Positions 54,059 to 64,000 of a stretch of 64,000 nt of DNA are shown here, one piece after another. Location of the stretch: the NCBI RefSeq assembly GCF_009914755.1, contig NC_060945.1; one strand, given 5' to 3'. This DNA comes from the human T2T-CHM13v2.0 reference genome, Homo sapiens. The notes under the pieces are model-generated. The model had not been told where the DNA came from, searched no databases, and saw nothing but the letters and a program-made list of their open reading frames with translations. The translations under genes and the position numbers were made by a program. Positions within the stretch are counted from its first letter, which is position 1. Every line of letters begins with the position of its first letter.

Positions 54059-55614
54059 ATTTTATATTCAACCAATTGTCAATACAAGGCTGGTTGTATC
54101 TCATATGAACCAACATTGAGTTAAAAATGGACCTTTTTTATTTTTAAAAAGCTAATTAACTAGATTTGCTTACTTAAAATCAAAGCAATCAACTCGTTAC
54201 AAGTCTAGAAATAAGGATTTTAAAATAAATTTTGAATTTTGACCTTATCTTTTCCCAGAAAGACTTTAAATTGATACTGGAAACCAAATAGGATATATTT
54301 TTGGGAGATTTGAGGCTATTAAAACAAAGGCAAACACAGAAGTGACCTTCTAAAAGTCCTAGTAATGATTAGGTCCATTGTTTCAATTAAAGCATACCGT
54401 GCTTGAGAGATAAAGTGTATTAAATATTTGACTGTAACTTTGTATTAGAAATATGTTTTTCAAATCTATAAAAAGATTTACAAATCTATCTTTACCATGT
54501 TTTTTAGTTTTATGGTATTTCTTCCAGACCTCTCTTCCTGACATCTCCATTAGTGTCAAGTATTTCTTCAACCCCCAGTGATTCAACGTGAGCCTATTTT
54601 TTAAAATGTAGTCTGGAAGCAATATATAACATAGTCAGGAAGCAGTATGGATATATGGTTAAGCATATACACTATACACTTAACTGGGGTTAAGCAGAGA
54701 TCATACTCCCTGACTTTAAGCACCTGCCCTACCACAGATGATCTTCTAGAAGCTGTTTAAATTAAACCTCTGAAGGTTTACATTTCCTCATTTGAAAAAT
54801 GGAAATAATAAAGTAAACCCTCATGAGGTCCTTAAGAGTTTAAATGAAATAATCCATATAAAGTGCTTAAGTGCTGAACATAGCATCTGGTGTGCAATAA
54901 TCATTCTATAAATGCTAATTGGTAAAATTATCATCATTGTTGTTGTTAGTCCATATATAGTAGTAGCATGGAACCAGGATTCTGAAAAGTGTGGCCTGCA
55001 GATCAGGGCCAGTGCAGACTTACTGGTTTGCAGTGAGATCCAGAGCTTGTGCCAGAATGTAAATAGGCGATGTCACTAAACATACTGATTACTGTTCAGC
55101 TGACTTTTTAAAAATAGCAAGACCTCTTCAGTGTAGGAAGCAGTTAGTTGATTTACATTCTGGTGCAAGCTCTTTACCTTGCCACAAACCAGCAGCAGAG
55201 TTGACGTGGAGTATTGGACCGATGATCCCACTCTCCAAAAAATAATAGTCCTTTATTCTGAAGACGTTATTATTCACTCATAATACCTCATTAACTTTCT
55301 TTTTTTCTAAACATTGTAATAATAGATTATAAGTATATTGTTTATGAGTTCAGCAGATATTTACTGATCACATAGTTTGTGTACAGACCTGTATCTTATT
55401 TTGCAGGAGTTGCAAAGCTGGCTCAGAAATTAATCTTGCCTTTAAGAAGTCTACCATAAACCCGCAAGAGGAAATAAGTGAAAATCTAAATAAATGTGTT
55501 GAATATATGCAGTGAGTGTTTGCAATAGTGTTATAGCTTGGTTCCAAAGATTTCAATATAGACGGATGTTTCCTTTTGCTGAGCTTCTACCACAATAGGA
55601 CAGAATTAATTATC

Positions 55615-55914
<300 letters not shown>

Positions 55915-56254
55915 TAACTTTTACTTTTTCAGCATTATGCTATCACAATAAAGTTCAGCGTTTGCTTTATTAAGATAGTATTTGAATCTTCTAGGAGATT
56001 CAGAAACCTGCAGTACTAGGGAAATTTCAGTTTTAGATATAAAAACAAAATTATAACTTTTAAAGATTTGTATTGTAGAAGATTATCCTTAAGTGTTTTT
56101 TAAACTACTAATTTACTATTTCACCCTTCATGCAAATATATGAATTATAAATGATTGATTGTTCCATAGAATATGAAGAGACATTAAATAAATATTAAAA
56201 TATTTATAAAGTTTTGGTTAAAATGAGCACAATTTCTTCTCGAAAAAATTCACT

Positions 56255-57030
56255 GCCAGCCTGGGCAACATAGGGAGACACTGTCTCTACAAAAATAAAA
56301 AAATAAAAATTAGCCAGGCATGGTGGTGTGTTCGTATAGTCCCACTACTGGAGAGACTGAGTCAGGATGATCAATTGAGCCCAGAAGTTGGAGGCTGCAG
56401 TGAGCTATGATCATGCCACTGCATTCCAGCCTGGGCGATGGAGTAAGACCTTGTCTTTAAAAAAAAATGCATTGCTCAAACAGAAAATGTTGAAACAAAT
56501 TCTGGAGTAATATAAACATAATAATTTTTAAAAGGCAAGGTGTGTATATTTTACATATAAATATGTATATTTTATAGTATAGGGTTTACAAACTATGAGT
56601 CAGATCATGAGACAGATTTATTTTTGCAGACTAATTTACTGTTGAGAGGGCTTAGGGAAAAAAGGAAAATAATGCAAAATGTTCAAGTCCAGAAATGTTA
56701 TTTCATTTTTAATATTTCTTAGAATGTTTTGCGTGGAAGTGGATGTATTGGTTTCTCTTATTGCCATGCTTGGTGCACCTGCTCGTAATCACTTTTGTTG
56801 TGCCTTTTGCCATAAATTGTTACCTAATCTCACTAATGACTTTAAGAAAATTGAAGGTGGGTGTTAGAAAGATTATAGGTAATATTAAAGAATATAAGGC
56901 AGGCATGGTGGTGTGTACCTGTAGTTCCAGCTACTCGGAAAGCTAAGGCAGCAGGATCACTTGAGCCCAGGAGTTGAATACAGCCTGGGCAACATAGACT
57001 CTGTCCCTATTTCTAAAATTAAAAAAAAAA
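56255..57030 (+). mobile_element. Partial AluJ (~56255-56468) and FLAM (~56898-57030)
   Basis: Alu J-type monomer sequences. Confidence 0.75.
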
Positions 57031-58789
57031 TACACACACAAACACTTACAATGTAAAATAAAGAAAAGAGAGTAACCCGAAATTTAAGAGGAGAATTATG
57101 AGGAAAAACAGAGTAAAAAATGAAATTTGGATCAAGAAATGACTAGGTAAGTTAGACCCATGGCACTGTAATCACAACTTTTTTACCATAGCAGATCAGG
57201 TATTTTGCGATCTGTCCCCTATCTCATCTTTGAACTCATCTTGTACCAAAGTCTTTCTCTCCAATTAGGTACCAGCCACCCTTGCCTTCTTTTAGGTAAT
57301 TGTCTGTAAGGTTGAGTCTACATATCATAGACAAAGAATTTTTATTTCCACACCCCACCCTCAGCCTCACCTAACCAGACCTGCCTGTTCAAACTGTGTC
57401 CCTACCACACATAGTAGGCCCTCAAATATTGGTTGAATAAGTAAATGGAAAACGCAAAAATGGAGGCATTAAGGATGAGAAAACTTGAGGACACAGAAGA
57501 CGTATTAGATTTTGAATGATATCGATGATAAAATACAATCAGATGTTGCTCTTAGAAGCATATGATCCCTAAAGGATAGAAAATGACTCATTTATTATTT
57601 ACTCAGCCCATAATTATTAATTAGTCACCCACTATATTTGGATTTAAGAGTGGAAATTACCAGTGAAGAAGGTATAGCTCCAATAACAGTGTAAGTAAAG
57701 AGACAGAAAGACATGGGGAAAAGATAATCACTAGTACAAACGGTTCAAGAGTCACCTCATACTTGATGTTGCCTCCTCAGCATGTGTGGTTTACAAGCGG
57801 TCCCACAAAGATCAATGATCTGCTAGAGCAAGCGTGATACATGCCATTGTCTGAATCTCAGTGCAGCTTTGTACTTTTCAACATAATAACTCTTCTGAAT
57901 TGATCAAGAAGAAAGCAGCTTTAATAAATGTTGAAAGGAGTTAATTTGGGGTTTGGATGTATGATTCAAGGGACGACCAGGGGCCTCTACAAATATTCCA
58001 GTTTGTGGGCTTGTGAGTCTTAAAGAATTCTAAGAATAGCAAGAGTCTATCATATATCATAAACAGAAGGGAACAAAAAAGTCACATAAATCCAGAAACA
58101 TAGTGAATTCCTGATAGAAGTGTTTAAACTCTATGCAGCAGTAGTAAACTAGCTTGAACTTAGCTAAGAGTGAAATAATGAAGGATGTAACTATGCAAGA
58201 TAGACTGCAGTGGAGACACTAAGCCCCTGCTTCATAGAGCTCACATTCCAGTGAAGGGCACCAACAGAAAACAAAGAGGGAAAATATATACATTATGTTA
58301 GGTGGTGGTCTTAAGGAGAAAAAATGAAGCAGTTAAAGAGGTTAGGAAGTGGTTTTTGGGAGTGTGGGAGAGTGGTAAAAGTTTAGATAGGGTGGCCAGG
58401 GAAGCCTTTACTCAGCTGCCATTTGCTAACAACCTTTATGCAGCGAGGAAGATAGCCATTTGGATATCTGAGGGAGGAACATTTCAGACATACAGAAGGG
58501 TGAACACCAAGTCCCAGAGGCAGGCATCTGCCATGGTGTTTGAGGAATAGCAGGGGAGCCATCAGGCTAGAGAAGGCTGAAGGAGGAGCTGTTGCAACTG
58601 AGGGCGGAGAGGCGATGGGTCCAGATCATAAAGTGATTGTTGGTCCTCTTAAGGATTTTGGTTTTTCCTCAGAGTGAGATGAGATGGGAAGTATTGGAGA
58701 CTATTGAGCAGAGGAGACATGAGCTGACTTTAATAGGATGACTCTGACTGCAGGCTTGTGACCTGATTGTAACAACAAATGTTTTTCTC

Positions 58790-59639
58790 TTTTTTTGTTT
58801 TTTATTTTTTGATACAGAGTCTCTAGGAACTCCAGCTCTGTTCCCTGGGCTGGAGTGCAGTGGCCCAATCTCAGCCCACTGCAACCAATGCCTCCTCTGT
58901 TCAAGGGATTCTCCTGCCTCAGCTTCCCAAGTAGCTTGGAATACAGGTGCGTATCAGCATGCCTGGATAATTTTGTACATTTTTTTAGAGATGGGGGAAG
59001 GTCTTCCTATGTTGCCCAGGCTGGTCCCAAACTCCTGGCCTCCAGTGATCCTCCCGACTTGACCTTCCAAAGTTCTAAGATTACAGGCATGAGCCATGTC
59101 GCCTGACCATTTTTTTTATTTTATATTTTCTCTTTTTTAGAGATGGGGATCTCACTATGTTGACCAAGCTGGCCTTGAACTCCTGGCCTCAAGTGATCTT
59201 CCCATCTCAGTCTCCCAAAGTGCTGGGATTACAGGCATGAGCCACTGTGCCTGGCCTCTTTGTTTTTGTCAAGTTTTTGAGGTGTAAGTGTTCTTTATAT
59301 ACTCAATATTAAGCAATACCCTGTCTCTTAAAAACAAAATGATACAGCCAAGCGTGGTGGCTCATGCCTGTAATCTCAGCATTTTGGGAGGCCGAGGTGG
59401 GTGAATCACCAGAGGACAGAAGTTCGAGACCAGCCTGGACAACCTGGTGAAACTCCATCTCTACTAAAAATACAAAATTGGCTGGGTGTGGTGGAACATG
59501 CTTGTGATCCCAGGAACTTGGGAGGGTGAGGCAGGAAGAATTGCTTGAATTTGGGAGGGAGAGGTTGCAGTGAGCCAAGATCATGTCACTGCACTCCAGC
59601 GTTGGACAACAAAATGGGATCTCCATCTCAAAAAAAAAA
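58790..59639. mobile_element. Alu cluster: AluJ(-) ~58790-59105, FLAM(-) ~59108-59255, AluS(+) ~59347-59639
   Basis: Alu consensus motifs and A/T tails. Confidence 0.87.
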
Positions 59640-59980
59640 GCTATTAGTCCCTTACCAGATATACGATTTGCAAATATTTTCTTACTTTCTGTAGGTTGTC
59701 TTGTCTTGATACTGTATGTCATTTTTTATGCTCTTTTATTTTTTGTTCTTACTGTTCCCTCTTTTATTTGTCTAAGCACTTTAAGTAATATTCTTTTGCG
59801 TGCTATATAATCATTCAAGTGGCTGAAATCCAACTAACCCATTTTTCTCCTATTGACTATTCCTCATGACGGATTATTTCTTCAGATATTTGGTAACATT
59901 TGCTTAACTGGTTTTAAATTATGAAAATTGAGAAAGATTCTTTACTTCGTGAAACTTTGGTCAGGCTCCTAAACCTTCTC

Positions 59981-62900
59981 TGGAAAGGAATTGAATGGAA
60001 TGGAATGGAATGGAGATGAATGGAATGGATTCCAATGAAATGGAATGGAATGGAGTCGAATGGAAAGAAACGGACTTGAATGGAATGGAATGGAATGGAA
60101 TGGACTCAAGTGGAATGGAATGGACTTGAACGCAATAGAATGGAATGGAATGGACTCGAAAGGAATGGAATGGAATGAACAGGAATGGAATGGAATGGAA
60201 TGGAATGGAATGGAATGGAATGGAAAAGTGGAATGGAATGGACTGTAACGGAATGCAATAGACTGGAGTGATATGGAATAGAAAGGATTCGAATGGAAAG
60301 GAATGGACTCTAGTGGAATGGAATGGAATAGAATAGGCTCGAATGGAATGGAGTGGAATGGATTCGAATCAAATGGAATGGAATTGAATGGATTCTAGTC
60401 AAACGGAATGTAATGGTATGGAATGTACGCGAACGGAATGGAATGGAATGGAATGGACTCGAATGGAATGGAATGGAATGGAACGGACAGGAATAAAATG
60501 GAATGGAAGAGATTGGAATGGATTGGAATGGAATTGAATGGAATGCAATGGACTCGAATGCAATGGAATGTACTCGAATGGAATGGAATGGAATGCAATT
60601 GAATGAACTCGAATGGAATAGAGCAGAATTTACTGGATTGGAATATAATGGTACAGACTCTAATGGAATAGAATGGAATGGATTCAAATGGAATAGAATG
60701 GAATGGAATGGACTCGAATGGAATGGAATGGAATGGACACAAAAGGTATGGAATGGAACGGGATGGAATGGAATGGACTGGAATGGAAGGGAATGGAGTG
60801 GAGTGGAATGCAACGGAATGGACTTGAAGGGAATAGAATGGAATGGAAAGGAATGGACTCGAATGAAATGGAATGGAAAGGACTCAAATGCAATAGAATG
60901 GAATCGAATGTAATGTAATGCAATTGAATGGACTCGAATGGAATGGACTCAAGAGGAATGGAATGGAGTGGACTCGAAAGAAATGGAATGCAGGGGAAGG
61001 AACTCGAATGGCATGCAATGGAATGGAATAGACTCGAATGGAATGGAATGCAATGGACTCGAATGGAGTGGAAAGGAATGGACGCGAATGGAATGGAATG
61101 GAATGGAGAGGAATGGAATATAATAGAATGGAATGGAATAGAATGGAATGGAATAGAAAAGAATGGAATGGATTTTAATCGAATGGAATGGAATGGAATG
61201 GACTCGAATGGGGTGGAATGGACTCGAATGGAATGGAATGGAATGGAATAGATTCGAGTGGAATATAGTGGAATAGTCTCGAATGGAATTCAAAGGAATA
61301 AACACCAATGGAGTGGAATGGACATGAATAGAAAGGAAAGGAAATGACTCGAGTGGAATGGAATGGAAAGCAATGGAAAGGAAAACAAATGACTTGAGTG
61401 GAATGGAATGGAATGAAATGGAATGGAATGCAATGTTCTCGAATGCAATGGAATGGAATTGACTCGAATAGAATTGAAAGGAATGGACTCGAATAGAATG
61501 GAATGGAATGGAATGGGATCGAAAGCAATGGAGTGAAGTGGACTGGAATGGAATGGAAAGGACTTAAATGGACTGGAATCGAATGGAATGCAACGGAATC
61601 GAATGGGATGGAATGGAATGGAATGGAATGGGATGGAATGAAATGGAATGGAATGCAATGGGATGCTATGGTATGGATTGGAATGGACTTGAATGGAATA
61701 GAAAGGGATGGAATGGAATGGAATGAATTTAAAAACAATGGAATGGAATCCAATGGAATGGAAAGGCCACGAATGGAATGGAATGGAATGGAATGGAATG
61801 GACTCGAATGGAAAAGATTGGAGTTTAGTGGAATGGAATCTAATGGAATGGAATGGAATGGATTCGAATGTAATAGAATGGAATCGAATGGAAAGGAATG
61901 TTCTGTAATGGAATGGAATGGAATGGAATGGAATCGAATGCAATGGAATTTAAAGGACTCGATTGCAATGGAATGTACTCGAATGGAATGGAATGGAAAG
62001 GAAACAACTCGAGTGGAATGAAATGGAATGGAATGGAGTCGCATGTAATGGAATGCAATTGAATGGAATCAAATGGAATGGAATGGAATTGACTCGAATG
62101 GAATTGAATGGAATGGACCAGAATGGAATTAAATGTAACGGAATGGACACAAATGAAATGGACTCGAATGGAATGGAAAGGAATGGAATGGAATGGAATG
62201 GAATGATTTCGAATCAAATGACATGGAATGGACTCGAATGGAATGGGTTGGGATTGGATGGTCTCGAATGTAATGGAATGGAATGAACTCAAATGGAATG
62301 GAATGGAATAGAATAGACTAGAATATAATGGAATGGAAATGGCTCGAAAGGAATGGAATTGATTCGAGTGGAATAGAATGGACATGAAAGGAATAGAATG
62401 GAATGGACTCAAATGGAATGGAATGGAATGGACTCAAATGGAATAGAGTGGAATGGAATGGAATCGAACACAATGCAATGGAATGGACTCGAACAGAATG
62501 GAATGGACTCCAGTGGAATGGAATGGAATGGTATGGTCTCAAAAGGAATGGAATGGAACGGAACAGACACAAATGGAATAGCTTGGAATGGAATCGAATC
62601 TAATGGAGTGGAATGGAATGGATTCGAATGGAATGGAGTGTAATGGAATCGAACGGAAAGGAATGGAATTGAATGGACTCCAATGGAATGGAATGGAATT
62701 GAATGGACTCAAAATGAATGGATGAGAATGGAATGGAATGGAATGGAATGGAATGGAATGGACTCGAATAGAATGGAAGGGACTCGAATGGAGTGGAGCC
62801 GAATGGATTCGAAAGGAAGGTAATGGAATGGAATGGAAAGAACTCGAATGTAATGGAATGGACTCGAATGGAATGGAAGGGACACAGAGTGTAGCCGAAT

Positions 62901-64000
62901 GGATTTGAATGGAATGGAATGGAATGAACTCGAAGGGAATGGAATGGAACTGAATGAAATGGACTCGAATGGAATGGCATGGAATGGAGTCGATGGAATG
63001 GAATGGAATGGAATGGCATAAAATGGAATGGAATGGAATCGAATGTAATGCAGTTGAATAGAATGTACCTGAAAGGAATGGAGTGGACTGGAATGGAATG
63101 AAATGGACTTGTATGGAATGGAATGGAATGGAAGGGAACGGACTCAAATGAAATGGAATGGACACGAAATGAATGGAATGGAATAGAATCGACTAGAGTG
63201 GAATGGAAAGGAATGGACTTGAATGAAATGGAATGCAGAGGAATGGACTGGAATGGAATGCAATGGAATGAAATAAACTCGAATGGAATGGAATGGAATG
63301 GAATGGACTCGAATAGAATGGGATGGAATGGACCTGTATGGAATGGAATGGAAGGGAAGGGAACAAAACGGAAAAGAATAGATTGGAATAGAATGGAATG
63401 GAATGGAGTGGACTCAAATGGAATGGAATGGAATGGACTCGAATGGAATAGAATGGAATTTACTGGATTGGAAACTAACAGAATTGACTCTAAAGAAATG
63501 GAATGGAATGGACTCGAATGGAAGCGAACGGAATGGAATGGACTTGAATGGAATGGAATGGAACGGAATGGAACTGAATGGAATGGAGTTGAATGCAATA
63601 GAATGGAATGGAATGGACTCGAATTAAATGGAATGGAATGGAGTCAAATGGAATGGAATGCAATGGAATGGAATGGAATGGACTCAAAAGGAATGGAATG
63701 GAATGGAATCAAGTGGAATGGAATGGACTCGAATGCAATGGAATTGAATGGAATGGAATCGAATGAAATGGAGTGAAATGGACAAAAATGGAATGGAATG
63801 GAATGGAATGGAATGGAATGGAATGGAATGGAATGGAATGAAATAGAATGGAATGGAATGGACTTGAATGGAATAGAATGGAAAAGAATGGAATGGACTC
63901 GAATGATATAGAATAGAAAGGACTCGAATGGAATGGAATATACGCTAGTGGAGTGGAATGGAATAGAATGGAATCAAATGGAATGGAGTGGAATGGAATT
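59981..64000 (+). repeat. Human satellite 3 (GGAAT)n, diverged
   Basis: GGAAT pentamers with frequent GGACTCGAAT variants; lacks the ATCATC inserts typical of HSat2; runs off the end of the window. Confidence 0.96.

Noticed and set aside
59981-64000. MEWNG and FHSIP repeat proteins up to 332 aa
   Set aside because: Artefacts of translating (GGAAT)n.

Overview
Primate (human or great-ape) heterochromatin-boundary DNA, resembling acrocentric short-arm, pericentromeric or Yq segmental duplications. Left to right: (1) a 68-bp beta satellite array (1-~10840) with an embedded partial D4Z4-like unit, which carries a disabled DUX4-like gene on the minus strand and a pLAM-like exon 3 lacking the ATTAAA poly(A) signal; (2) a 5'-truncated, inactive L1PA (~10841-14143) inserted in a CTBP2 processed pseudogene, of which only the 3' part remains (~14141-15562); (3) a ~44 kb Alu/L1M/LTR/L2-rich euchromatin-like island with local inverted and direct duplications, a CpG island containing an RFX X-box (~47.8-48.9 kb), phase-compatible candidate exons of an unidentified gene and a truncated U2 snRNA pseudogene; (4) diverged (GGAAT)n satellite 3 from ~59981 to the end. 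No intact known protein-coding gene is present. The main leads are an exact 4qA-type DUX4 poly(A)-signal context inside a beta-satellite monomer (6043-6068) and a 4-exon, 147-codon open frame of unknown identity that runs from the CpG island towards HSat3. All comparisons with known sequences are from memory and were not computed; repeat boundaries are approximate.
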